Program-made: the position numbers and the translations under genes
From: an uncultured Planctomycetales bacterium
Lineage (GTDB): Bacteria > Omnitrophota > Gorgyraeia > Zapsychrales > Zapsychraceae
Assembly: GCA_964535935.1 (NCBI GenBank)
Contig: CAZHWM010000021.1
Location: forward strand, 3,903 to 67,902
Direction of reading: 5' to 3'
DNA length: 64,000 bases
In this document: positions 37,173-46,848 of the stretch, in pieces
Layout: each line of letters opens with the position of its first letter
How positions within the stretch are numbered: position 1 is the first letter of the stretch
Notes under the pieces: generated by a model
Database searches by the model: none
The model's input: only the letters and a program-made list of their open reading frames with translations
Told to the model about the DNA's origin: nothing

Positions 37173-37463
37173 ATGTCTGTGATTAAGGTGGAAAAACTTA
37201 GTGAGGATAGAAAGAATGAAATGAATATTCCTAATAGACCTGAGAATACATCAGAGTGGTCTGTGTGGGAATGTGAGCCTTCTGAATTTGACTGGCATTA
37301 TGATAGTAAAGAGATTGCTTATTTATATGAAGGGAAGGTTATTGTAAAGACTTCAGAAGGAGATGTAGAGATACAGGCAGGTGATTTGGTAGTTTTCCCC
37401 GAAGGATTATCGTGTAGATGGAAGGTAATAGAGAAGCTACGTAAAGTATATAAATTTGAATAA
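37173..37463 (+). CDS. cupin-fold protein (DUF861/cupin_3-like)
   Basis: 96 aa, RBS gagaggagg. Single small beta-barrel pattern WECEPSEFDWHYDSKEIAYLYEGKVIV...GDLVVFPEG. Confidence 0.6.
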   Translation: MSVIKVEKLSEDRKNEMNIPNRPENTSEWSVWECEPSEFDWHYDSKEIAYLYEGKVIVKTSEGDVEIQAGDLVVFPEGLSCRWKVIEKLRKVYKFE

Positions 37464-37475
37464 TTTTAGAGATTT

Positions 37476-38135
37476 ATGGGCAGGAGAAAGAAGTTTCTTA
37501 TATCAGTATATAAGATACTATTAGAACATTTTGGACCACAGCATTGGTGGCCAGCTGAAAGTCGTTTTGAAGTTATAGTAGGGGCCATACTTACGCAGAA
37601 TACTAATTGGTGCAATGTGGAGAAGGCTATTGAACGCATGCGTTTAGGGGGATGTTTAGAGCCTGTGGTATTACGCGACATTGCAGAAGATAAGCTTGCT
37701 GAATTTGTTAGGCCAGCAGGATATTTTAATATAAAGGCGCGTAGGCTTAAAAATTTTATGCATTTTTTTTATAAAGAGTATGATGGTAATATTTCAGTGA
37801 TGAAGAAGGAATCTCTAAATATCCTTCGGAAGAAGTTGTTGAATGTAAATGGGATAGGGCATGAAACAGCAGACTCAATATTATTATATGCATTAGATAA
37901 GCCTATTTTTGTTGTTGATGCATATACACGACGATTGCTTTTACGGCATAGAATTATTGCTGCTGAGGCGGATTATGATGATATCCAAAAGGTATTTATG
38001 TCAAGGTTACCTCATAATGTTGATATGTTTAATGAATATCATGCCTTGATTGTACGACTAGGAAAAGATTTTTGTAAAACGACCCCTGTTTGTGAGGAGT
38101 GTCCACTTAATAGATTAAGAGATAAACGGAAATAG
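37476..38135 (+). CDS. endonuclease III-related HhH-GPD family protein
   Basis: 219 aa. ILTQNTNW block, helix-hairpin-helix LLNVNGIGHETADSILLYAL, and a C-terminal Cys cluster CKTTPVCEECPL. Confidence 0.75.
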   Translation: MGRRKKFLISVYKILLEHFGPQHWWPAESRFEVIVGAILTQNTNWCNVEKAIERMRLGGCLEPVVLRDIAEDKLAEFVRPAGYFNIKARRLKNFMHFFYKEYDGNISVMKKESLNILRKKLLNVNGIGHETADSILLYALDKPIFVVDAYTRRLLLRHRIIAAEADYDDIQKVFMSRLPHNVDMFNEYHALIVRLGKDFCKTTPVCEECPLNRLRDKRK

Positions 38136-38140
38136 ATATT

Positions 38141-39274
38141 ATGGGTATATTAAGTATAGTAATAATAGCAGTGATATTAAATGTTGTTTTTTTGGTTGCG
38201 GCATTCCTATTTTTGCTAGGTGTCCTTAAGCGACAGATAAGTCAGGAAGTTAGGACAAATCAGGAACAGTTTCTTCGTCTGGCAAAACAGCAGTTTGAGG
38301 CAGAACAGAATAGATCTGTTACGGAGTTGGAGTTAAGAAAACAGGCAGTCGAGAATTCCGTTTATGGGTTAAAAGAAGAGCTTGCAAAGTATCAGGCACT
38401 AATTCATGAATTAGAGAAGGAACGTGATACCAAATACGGCAATATAGAGGCAGCTTTACGCAATACGTCAGAGGCAACATTAAATTTACAGGATACAACA
38501 AATCGATTGGTGAATATATTAGGTAATGTGCGTATTAGAGGTCAGTGGGGAGAAAGGATGGCGGAGGAGATTGTTAGGGCATCTGGTCTGATAGAAGGGA
38601 TTAATTATAAAAAGCAGACCCGGCTTGACACATCTCTTACGCGACCAGATTTTACCTTTTTATTACCTGATGGGCATAAGGTAAATATGGATGTAAAGTT
38701 TCCTTTAGATAATTATATGGAGATGGTTAATGCGGATCAAGATGAGACAAAAGAGAGATTTTTTAAGGATTTTGAGAAGAATGTCAGAAGGCGGATAAAA
38801 GAGATTCAGAATAGAAATTATATTAACCCAGATGAGAAAACTTTAGACTTTGTCCTTTTGTTTATACCTAATGAACAGGTTTTTGGACTTATACAAGAAA
38901 GGATGCCCGGGTTGATGGATGAGGCATTGAAACAGAAAGTGGTTTTATGTTCGCCATTTACTTTATATGCAATGCTTTCTGTAATAAGACAGGCATTTGA
39001 GAATTTTAGGTATGAGAAAGATATAAAAAAGATTATTCGTTTAATTGATCAATTTGTAACGTTATATACTCGATTTAAATCGCGATTTGAGGAGATTGGT
39101 AAGGCAGTTGATAAATTGGTAGTTGTGTATAGTGATATTAAAGATAAAAATTTTAAAAATATGGATACTAAAATACGACATATAGATAATTATAGAAAGG
39201 GTCGAGTGGAAACCTCACAGAAGGAAATGGATGAGAATTTTATTGAAAAAGATGCTTCAGAAAATATTCCTTGA
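38141..39274 (+). CDS. rmuC: DNA recombination protein RmuC
   Basis: 377 aa. N-terminal TM anchor, coiled-coil, then an RmuC nuclease-like core RPDFTFLLPDGHKVNMDVKFPLDNY...LFIPNEQVF. Confidence 0.8.
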   Translation: MGILSIVIIAVILNVVFLVAAFLFLLGVLKRQISQEVRTNQEQFLRLAKQQFEAEQNRSVTELELRKQAVENSVYGLKEELAKYQALIHELEKERDTKYGNIEAALRNTSEATLNLQDTTNRLVNILGNVRIRGQWGERMAEEIVRASGLIEGINYKKQTRLDTSLTRPDFTFLLPDGHKVNMDVKFPLDNYMEMVNADQDETKERFFKDFEKNVRRRIKEIQNRNYINPDEKTLDFVLLFIPNEQVFGLIQERMPGLMDEALKQKVVLCSPFTLYAMLSVIRQAFENFRYEKDIKKIIRLIDQFVTLYTRFKSRFEEIGKAVDKLVVVYSDIKDKNFKNMDTKIRHIDNYRKGRVETSQKEMDENFIEKDASENIP

Positions 39275-39351
39275 TTATATTTGATTGTTTATAAATGAAA
39301 AGATATTTTAATGAAATAAGCTCTAGCATAAATAAGAGGATACTTTAAAAA

Positions 39352-39666
39352 ATGTATATATTAGTTTTAATAACAGCCAAGGATAAAGAGGAGGCTGAAA
39401 GAATAGCAACTTATATGATAAAAAATAATCTTGCAGCATGTGCTAATATTTTGGGAGATATTAATTCTATTTTTTGGTGGAAACAAAATATAGAGAGGGA
39501 ACAAGAGATTCTCATTATTTTAAAAACACGAAAAGATAAGTTTCCTAAAATAGTCTCTACTATAAAGACCATCCATAGTTACTCTTGCCCAGAGGTTATA
39601 GCTATTCCAATAATAGATGGAAATAAAGATTATCTTAATTGGTTGAATGATAATCTTTGCTGTTAA
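39352..39666 (+). CDS. cutA: divalent-cation tolerance protein CutA
   Basis: 104 aa. CutA1 pattern LAACANI...SIFWWKQNIEREQEILIILKT...HSYSCPEVIAIPI. Confidence 0.8.
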   Translation: MYILVLITAKDKEEAERIATYMIKNNLAACANILGDINSIFWWKQNIEREQEILIILKTRKDKFPKIVSTIKTIHSYSCPEVIAIPIIDGNKDYLNWLNDNLCC

Positions 39667-39712
39667 ACTCTATTATATAACAGCTACGTTAACAATAACG
39701 AGGAAAGACGTA

Positions 39713-41260
39713 TTAGGGGTTGTTAGTTTTTTGCCTTTTTTCCATTTCTGCTATATTATCTTTGAGTTTTGCCTTTGATCTTATATCTTTTATATACTCA
39801 TTGAAAGCCTCATTTTTCCTTTGCATTAACAATCTTTTAGATAGTTTGTTTCTTTCTTTTGTATATTTATCCATATCCACAGGGATATACTTTTCTAAAT
39901 ATAGGATACAAAAACCTTTTGCTGTCTCAACAACACCACTTATTGGATGATTTTTTGTTAGGCTAAATGCTGCTTTTTGAAAATTGCTAGATATTCCAAT
40001 AGTTGGTAAATATTGACCTCTAGTAAAAATAGGTGTTTTATGAAGTTCCAACCCTAATTTTTTAGCTGTTTTTGCGAAGTCTTTTAATTGAGTTTTATTC
40101 ATTTCTGCTTTGATAGATTTTAAATATTGTTCAGCTGTTTGTCTTGCTATTTTTTTTGCCTCAAGTTTAAGTATGGTATTTCTTACCTTTTCTTTTACTT
40201 CTTCATAGTTAGGAAGATGACTTTTTTTTCTAGCTCTTAGCTGAATTATGCATATACCTTTTGGTGTTTCAAAGGGTTCCATTATGTCTCCCGGTCTCAT
40301 TTGAAATACTTTATTAAGTATTTTATAAGACCAGCCAGGTTTCAGGTTTGGTTTTTCCATACTGAAAAATCCGGTCGTATGCATTTCTATCCCGTTTTTT
40401 TTAGCTATATCCTTAAGACTGGGGGTTAATATTAATTGTTGGTATATTTGTTTTGCTTTTTCTATTATTTTTTCTTTATCGTTTTGTTGTTTTTCATTTT
40501 TATTACTTTTTTTCTCAGATTTATTTTTATTTTTTTTGCTAGGAGCAGGAAACTTTAAAGTTATATATTTTACATCTACCATAAGTGGAACCTTAAATTC
40601 TTCTTTATGTGAGTTAAAATACTCTTTTGCTTTTTTTTCGTTAAATACAGCCTTATCAATAAATTTATCAATAGGCACAAATACATAACTTACTTGTACC
40701 TTTTCATTTCTTAGTTTATAATTATTAAATATCTCTTTTTCTGAAACCGATATGCCAGCCGTTTTTTGTTCATATAATTTAGCCATCATAATTGTCTCAC
40801 GGACACTTTCTTCAAAATCTCTTGGTTTGATATGAAAGTACCCACGCAGGATACGCGTGTATATCTTATTATTAAACTGGCCGTCTTGTTGAAAAAATGG
40901 ATATTGTGCTATTGTTTCTATAACTTCTTCATCAGAAACGGTTATTTTTGCCTTTTTAGCCTCATGCAGTAGTATAAGTCTATCCCATGCTTCCCTTTCG
41001 AGATTAAGGAATGGTCTGAGTTTATCTAGGTTGTCTCCATATTGAATGAGTGCTTGAATATTTACAGCTTTATATGCTTTCTTATATTGGTCAAAAGATA
41101 TTTTTTTCCCAAATATTTTTCCTGCATAGTTAAATTGATTTTTGCCTCTGCCATTTAATAGATATGCCTTTCCTGCAAAACCGAAGGCGACAATTATTAA
41201 TATTACAATGCCCCCACAGATGCGTTTTGCTACGCCTTTTTTTCTAAGTATTTTCAACAT
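39713..41260 (-). CDS. periplasmic chaperone / peptidyl-prolyl isomerase (PpiD/SurA-like)
   Basis: 515 aa. N-terminal membrane anchor, SurA-N-like chaperone region, internal Lys-rich linker, and a parvulin-like segment (ETPKGICIIQL, ETAKGFCILYL). Confidence 0.7.
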   Translation of the reverse strand: MLKILRKKGVAKRICGGIVILIIVAFGFAGKAYLLNGRGKNQFNYAGKIFGKKISFDQYKKAYKAVNIQALIQYGDNLDKLRPFLNLEREAWDRLILLHEAKKAKITVSDEEVIETIAQYPFFQQDGQFNNKIYTRILRGYFHIKPRDFEESVRETIMMAKLYEQKTAGISVSEKEIFNNYKLRNEKVQVSYVFVPIDKFIDKAVFNEKKAKEYFNSHKEEFKVPLMVDVKYITLKFPAPSKKNKNKSEKKSNKNEKQQNDKEKIIEKAKQIYQQLILTPSLKDIAKKNGIEMHTTGFFSMEKPNLKPGWSYKILNKVFQMRPGDIMEPFETPKGICIIQLRARKKSHLPNYEEVKEKVRNTILKLEAKKIARQTAEQYLKSIKAEMNKTQLKDFAKTAKKLGLELHKTPIFTRGQYLPTIGISSNFQKAAFSLTKNHPISGVVETAKGFCILYLEKYIPVDMDKYTKERNKLSKRLLMQRKNEAFNEYIKDIRSKAKLKDNIAEMEKRQKTNNP

Positions 41261-41440
41261 AGTTATAGCTCCATAAATAAATTATTTATTCTCAAAATTA
41301 TTTAAATTATAGCTAGTAACTTTACATTTGACAAGAGAAAAGAGATAGAACATACCCTTTACTTATTAATGTTTTAGTATATAATTTAATTAATAGCAAT
41401 TATAGAATAAGAAGAATAATTAAAAATGAAGGAGAAAAAA

Positions 41441-42379
41441 ATGAATTCTGCAGGAAGAGTACTCATAATCTTTTTATTAATTATTTCTATATTACTTTTA
41501 TCTACTACGGCTTTATTTATTTTTTTCTTTCAAAAAGAAATAGAAAAAAGAAAATCTGTTGAGGTAAATTTGTCCGAAAGTATGGAAAGGATAACGGATC
41601 TTGAAGAGGAGCTTTCCAAATTGAAAAAACAAAATACTTTACTGGAAAATAAAAATAAAGAGGCGGATGACAGGATTAATAGTTTGTTGGATGAATTAGA
41701 TCTTCAGGAAGGTTTAAGGGATGAACTAAAATCAGAGATTCTTTCCTTGAAGAAAGAAATGGATAAACAGGGAAAAGTTAAGGAGCAGCTTGATGAAAAG
41801 TTAGCGTCTACAGTAAAGGGTTTTGAAAAAAAGATAATTTCGTTAGAGTCTAACTTAAAGTCAGCAGTGCAGGAAAAAGAATCATGTGCCCAGCAAGTAA
41901 AACAGTTACAGGAAGAAAATAATCAATTACAGAATAAGATAGATGAGTTAAAAAAGAAGCTAAAAGAAGCAAATACGCGTGTTGCTAGGATTAGTAAACA
42001 GATTTCTGCCTCTTCGACAGATATGGCAAATCTGAAAAAAGATATAAAAGAGGCTAATCGACAGTCGAAGGCGATTGATATTGGAGTTCGTGGGTTAAAA
42101 AAACAATCGGGTCCAGAAAATGGAGAAGAGAAAAATGTTAAACATATAAGAGATGGGCGAATAATTAATGTGGATAGGGTTGCGGAATTTGTGGTTATAG
42201 ATTTGGGTAAGAAGGATGGTATTAAGGAAGGCACTGTGCTTGCTGTATATAGAGATAATAATTATCTTGGAGATATTAAAGTGACACGATTGCAGCTTGA
42301 GATGGCTGCGGCTGATTTAGTCCCTCCGTTTTCTATTCGCAAAATACGTAAAAACGATAAGGTTGTTGTAAAGAGATGA
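41441..42379 (+). CDS. membrane-anchored coiled-coil protein with C-terminal small beta-domain
   Basis: ATG 41441 sits 6 nt after AAGGAG (the track start 41426 is less likely). TM helix, ~200 aa of E/K/L/Q heptads, and C-terminal VVIDLGKKDGIKEGTVLAVYR. Confidence 0.45.
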   Translation: MNSAGRVLIIFLLIISILLLSTTALFIFFFQKEIEKRKSVEVNLSESMERITDLEEELSKLKKQNTLLENKNKEADDRINSLLDELDLQEGLRDELKSEILSLKKEMDKQGKVKEQLDEKLASTVKGFEKKIISLESNLKSAVQEKESCAQQVKQLQEENNQLQNKIDELKKKLKEANTRVARISKQISASSTDMANLKKDIKEANRQSKAIDIGVRGLKKQSGPENGEEKNVKHIRDGRIINVDRVAEFVVIDLGKKDGIKEGTVLAVYRDNNYLGDIKVTRLQLEMAAADLVPPFSIRKIRKNDKVVVKR

Positions 42380-43683
42380 TTTTGTATGTTCACCCCGTAT
42401 CTATGTTAAATGGTAGGGTTCCTGCCCCTGCATCAAAGTCTTATTCTATTCGTGCCTTTATTATTGCAGCCTGTGGTGGAGTTTCTGAGATAGTTAGACC
42501 TTCTGAATGTGATGATGCCATTGTGGCTATGGACGCAGCAAGGTTCCTTGGAGCTAATGTAGTAGTTCCTTCTCCAGGGGTGTGGAAGGTGATAGCATGT
42601 AAAGAAGGTATATCTGTAGCAGCTCCTGTAGAAGGCAAGGGTTCTATAAGGAATGAGTTTGATGTAAGAGAGTCAGGGACTGTCTTAAGATTTCTTTTGC
42701 CTCTTCTTAGTAAATGTGGCCGGAATATTGTTGTTACAGGAAAGGGGACGCTTAAAGGTCGTCCAAATTTATATCTTATCCATACGCTCAGGGATATGGG
42801 AATCGATATCTGTGGATATGGAGATAAAGAGAGTATACCTGTTAAGATAAAGGGAGGCAGTCTAAAAGGAGGGGATATTTATATAGACGCGAGTCTTAGT
42901 TCTCAGTTTATTTCAGCGCTTCTTATAACTGCTCCAATGTTAAATCAGGATACTCGACTGCATTTGACAGGCAGAAAATTGGTTTCGTCAGATTATATAG
43001 ATATGACGATAAATGTAGTTAACCGGGCAGGAGTTAAAATTATAAAAAAGAATAAAAGGCTTTATGTGATAAAAGGGAACCAAAGATTTAAGGGGCTTGG
43101 CAGGTTTGTTGTCCCCTCTGATTATGGGCTTGCAGCTTTTATTATGGCGGCTGCAAGTATCATTAAATCGAATGTAATTTTATCAGGCAATTTTTGCCCT
43201 AATTTTATACAAGCGGATGCGAGGATTATCGATATTTTGTCGAGAATGGGGGTTAATTTTATTCATAATAGTCGCACAATAAAAATAACAGGGCCTTTTG
43301 ACCTTAAGGGAGGAGATTTTTCTTTAAAAGACTGTCCAGATCTTGTACCAATAGTATCTATTTTGGCGTTATTTGCAAAGACAAGGACGAGGCTTTATAA
43401 CATACAGCATGCAAGGGTAAAAGAATCTGATAGAATAAGCGATTTACGTAAAGAATTGCTAAAGATAGGTGCCAGGGTTAAGGAAAGAGATAATGAAATA
43501 ATAATTTATCCTGCTATTAATAAATATAAAACAAATGTTGTTTTAGATGCACACAATGACCATAGACTTGCAATGTCTTTTTATGTATTAGGGCTCAAGC
43601 TTGGTGTACGGGTAAAAGGTATAGAAAGTGTAAGCAAATCATATCCCGGATTTGTGAGGGATATGGAAATTATATCGAGATAG
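42376..43683 (+). CDS. aroA: 3-phosphoshikimate 1-carboxyvinyltransferase (EPSP synthase)
   Basis: 435 aa, ATGA overlap with the upstream gene. Motifs PASKSYSIRAFIIAA, ESGTVLRFLLP, ARVKESDRISD and DHRLAMSF. Confidence 0.9.
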   Translation: MILYVHPVSMLNGRVPAPASKSYSIRAFIIAACGGVSEIVRPSECDDAIVAMDAARFLGANVVVPSPGVWKVIACKEGISVAAPVEGKGSIRNEFDVRESGTVLRFLLPLLSKCGRNIVVTGKGTLKGRPNLYLIHTLRDMGIDICGYGDKESIPVKIKGGSLKGGDIYIDASLSSQFISALLITAPMLNQDTRLHLTGRKLVSSDYIDMTINVVNRAGVKIIKKNKRLYVIKGNQRFKGLGRFVVPSDYGLAAFIMAAASIIKSNVILSGNFCPNFIQADARIIDILSRMGVNFIHNSRTIKITGPFDLKGGDFSLKDCPDLVPIVSILALFAKTRTRLYNIQHARVKESDRISDLRKELLKIGARVKERDNEIIIYPAINKYKTNVVLDAHNDHRLAMSFYVLGLKLGVRVKGIESVSKSYPGFVRDMEIISR

Positions 43684-43684
43684 G

Positions 43685-45025
43685 ATGAAACTCTCTTATT
43701 ATACCATTATTGTTGACGATTATCCTAACAAAGGAGAATCTCTTGTATATAATACCCGTACACAGGCATTGATTAAACTGGATAGAGGACTTAGTGAGGC
43801 GATTAAGAATTTGTCTGAACAAACACAACAGCGGTATAGGGAGGAAATAAAGCTACTGCATAATAACGGGATACTTGTTTTGGATGAGGAGGAAGAAAAT
43901 AGGAGGATAGAGGATTTTTTTCACCAATTAAAAGAAGGTATCAGAAAGGCAAGTTTTCCTGTATCTGTCCTGACTACATATGCATGTAATTTTGATTGTG
44001 AATATTGTTTTCAGAAGAGTTCCCGTGTTAATGAAGCTATGAGTAAAGATACTGCTTATGCACTGATAGAATGGGTTGAAGCTAGGGTGTTGAGGTTGGG
44101 ATACGAAGAAGTGTATATAGTTTTTTATGGTGGAGAACCTTTGCTAAATACATCTGTGATTGATATTATAGCATCTAAGATGAATAAATTTTGTAGGAGC
44201 AAGGGACTTAAATTTAGGTTTATGCTTCAGACAAATGGCTACCTTTTAAACAGAGAACATGTAGAAAAATATCTCCCTTTAGGGCTTAGTCAGGTGAGGA
44301 TTTCTGTTGATGGTGTAGGGTATGCACATGATCGCAATAGGCATCTTCCCGACGGCACACCTACATTCGACAGGATTATGGATAATATAGTTGCATGTGT
44401 GGATGATGTGTCTATAGGTATATCTTGTAGTTATGAGAATGGGGATATAACTCATATAGAAGAATTATTGGATTATCTTGATGATATAGGTATTTTATAT
44501 AAACTTGGAGAGTTTATGTTTTCTCCTATTCACCCGTCATTAGGACCGTCTGGTCATGCGCAAGATATCTGTCAGTGTGAGCATATGAATAACTATGCGG
44601 AGGGAAGTCTGATAAATGCTGTTTATCAAATCCGAAAACTAATGGCAGAGAAACGGCTTCCTATGCGGAGTGGACTTTCTATTGTAGCATGCCCTTTAAC
44701 TAGGAGGTATGGTGGGGTTACTATTGACCAGAGAGGAAGGATATTTAAATGTAATTCTATGCTAGGACATCCAGAATTTTCTGTGGGGAATATATGGGAG
44801 AATAGTTTTAATAAAACGCATGAGGACTTTTTAAACCTTGATGTTTGGGAAAAATGTCCACGGAGTTGTCCTTATTTACCAATGTGCAGTGGAGGATGTA
44901 GGATGTTCTCATTTTTGAAAAACCGTAGTTTCAGCACACCAGTATGTTTTAAATCTTATTTAGATGCATTGGCTCCAGAGTTTATTAAGTGGGATTATAA
45001 TGCTATAAATTCTAATGGTTCCTAA
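43685..45025 (+). CDS. radical SAM/SPASM-domain peptide-maturase-like protein
   Basis: 446 aa. ATG lies 1 nt after the aroA stop. A ~95-aa N-terminal extension (possible RRE/PqqD-like) precedes the rSAM motif CNFDCEYCFQ. C-terminal Cys-rich SPASM region: ACPL...CNS...CPRSCPYLPMCSGGCR. Confidence 0.8.
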   Translation: MKLSYYTIIVDDYPNKGESLVYNTRTQALIKLDRGLSEAIKNLSEQTQQRYREEIKLLHNNGILVLDEEEENRRIEDFFHQLKEGIRKASFPVSVLTTYACNFDCEYCFQKSSRVNEAMSKDTAYALIEWVEARVLRLGYEEVYIVFYGGEPLLNTSVIDIIASKMNKFCRSKGLKFRFMLQTNGYLLNREHVEKYLPLGLSQVRISVDGVGYAHDRNRHLPDGTPTFDRIMDNIVACVDDVSIGISCSYENGDITHIEELLDYLDDIGILYKLGEFMFSPIHPSLGPSGHAQDICQCEHMNNYAEGSLINAVYQIRKLMAEKRLPMRSGLSIVACPLTRRYGGVTIDQRGRIFKCNSMLGHPEFSVGNIWENSFNKTHEDFLNLDVWEKCPRSCPYLPMCSGGCRMFSFLKNRSFSTPVCFKSYLDALAPEFIKWDYNAINSNGS

Positions 45026-45068
45026 TATAAATTCGTATTTATCCATTTTGAGAAGTTAGCGGAGATAG

Positions 45069-46817
45069 TTGATTAATATAATGAACTTTATCTCTCTTAT
45101 AAAACCATACCAAAAAAGGATTGCATTTATCCTTTTTTGTATATTTTTTTCTAATCTACTTTCCCTTGCCCTTCCATGGTTTATAAAAATAATGCTTGAT
45201 AGATTGCTTCCCGCAAAAGATAGTTTTATGTTAAGTGTTTTTATTTTTGGGTTAGGAGTTGTCCTTTTAATACGTAGTTTGTTAAATTTTTTGCGAAAGA
45301 AGCAAACTGCTATGTTAGGTGAGATAATGGTTTATAAATTACGAGCAGATATATTTAAGCATCTAAGGAAAATATCTTTACGAAGCCTTAAACATTTAAC
45401 TCCGGCGCAGATATTAACAAGAATATCAGTAGATACAGAGAGTGTACGGGCGTTTATAGCTTCGGATTTAGCAGAATTTATTTATGCAATGCTTAGTACA
45501 GTTTTTATAGTATGTGTATTAGCATGGATTAATATACGTCTTACTATTGTGGCCATAGCAGGGTTGCCTTTATTCGCGGTTTTTTATTTTCGTGTTTTGC
45601 CCAAATTGAGATGTAGTTATAAGTTATTAAAAGATAGCACAGCAGATATGGTTTCCGGTATAAATGAAATATTATGTGGTATGTCTGTTGTTAGAATTTT
45701 TTCTGGATTTGCTTATGAATACCATAGGTTTTTGAAGTTACAGCAGAATATATTAAAGAACGCCAAAGATACCTATAGTTTTAATGCGTTATTATGGTCA
45801 GGGATGGATTTTTTTTCATCATTTGGTATTGTATGTATATTGTGGATGGGAGGTATCGAAGTAATAAAAGGAGTAATGACAGCAGGTGATCTTGTTGCCT
45901 TCTATTCATATTTAGGCATGTTATTTTCTCCATTAATACGTCTCGGGGTGATTAATAGTTCATATCAGGAGGCATCAGCTGCTTTAGTTAGAATTAATGA
46001 TATATTTTCTATATCTGATGAAGTAAAAGTTGTTTCTCATCCTGTAAAATTGGCTCCTTTGATGGGTAAAGTGGAATTTAAAGATGTGTCTTTTGCGTAT
46101 CAAGAAGGGGAATATGTTTTGGATAGAATTAGTTTTTCCGTAGAATCAGGAGAAGTGATTGCTATTGTAGGTGCAAGTGGTGCTGGTAAGACTACTTTAA
46201 TAAACCTACTGTTAAGATTTTATGACCCATCAGAAGGAGATATTTTTATAGATAATCATAATTTGAGATATGTTGATCTTGATAGTTATAGAAGGCAGAT
46301 AGCGGTAGTATTTCAAGACGATTATTTGTTTAGTGGCAGGGTAATAGATAATATGAGATATGGCAGGAGAAGATCTTCTCTACAAGAGATAAGGGATTCT
46401 GCAATAATAGCACAGGCACATGATTTTGTGTCAGGAATGAAGGAAGGATATTTTTCCTGTATTGGCGAAAGAGGGGAAGGGCTTTCTGCAGGACAGAGGC
46501 AGAGAATAGCTATTGCCAGAGCACTTATAAGAGACCCTGCTATGTTAATATTGGATGAGGCTACCTCGGCAGTAGATGCTATAACAGAGAATGCAATACA
46601 GCAAGCAATAAGTAGAAAAATGCGTGGTAAGACGGTTTTTGTAATAGCACATAGGTTTTCAACTATTATGAACGCGGATAAGATTATAGTTTTGGATAAA
46701 GCTCGTATTGTAGAGATGGGGACTCATAAAGAACTTTTAGCAAGGGATGGTTTTTACCGACAATTATACCGTGAGCAATTTGATAATAATTTTGATGTAG
46801 AGACTCAGTGTTATTGA
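45069..46817 (+). CDS. ABC transporter permease/ATP-binding protein (type I exporter, MsbA-like half transporter)
   Basis: 582 aa. Six N-terminal TM helices. Walker A GASGAGKTT, signature LSAGQRQR, Walker B LILDEATSAVD. No N-terminal C39 peptidase domain. ATG 45081 is an alternative start. Confidence 0.9.
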   Translation: MINIMNFISLIKPYQKRIAFILFCIFFSNLLSLALPWFIKIMLDRLLPAKDSFMLSVFIFGLGVVLLIRSLLNFLRKKQTAMLGEIMVYKLRADIFKHLRKISLRSLKHLTPAQILTRISVDTESVRAFIASDLAEFIYAMLSTVFIVCVLAWINIRLTIVAIAGLPLFAVFYFRVLPKLRCSYKLLKDSTADMVSGINEILCGMSVVRIFSGFAYEYHRFLKLQQNILKNAKDTYSFNALLWSGMDFFSSFGIVCILWMGGIEVIKGVMTAGDLVAFYSYLGMLFSPLIRLGVINSSYQEASAALVRINDIFSISDEVKVVSHPVKLAPLMGKVEFKDVSFAYQEGEYVLDRISFSVESGEVIAIVGASGAGKTTLINLLLRFYDPSEGDIFIDNHNLRYVDLDSYRRQIAVVFQDDYLFSGRVIDNMRYGRRRSSLQEIRDSAIIAQAHDFVSGMKEGYFSCIGERGEGLSAGQRQRIAIARALIRDPAMLILDEATSAVDAITENAIQQAISRKMRGKTVFVIAHRFSTIMNADKIIVLDKARIVEMGTHKELLARDGFYRQLYREQFDNNFDVETQCY

Positions 46818-46848
46818 TTATTTTTTAGTCTGATTTAGATCTAAAGAT

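Noticed and set aside
45026-45080. Search for a RiPP precursor ORF next to the rSAM/SPASM gene. The regions 41261-41425, 46818-46848 and 49404-49581 were also checked.
   Set aside because: No ATG/GTG/TTG-initiated ORF longer than a few codons with an RBS was found in these gaps on the + strand. A precursor, if any, must lie elsewhere, so none is reported.
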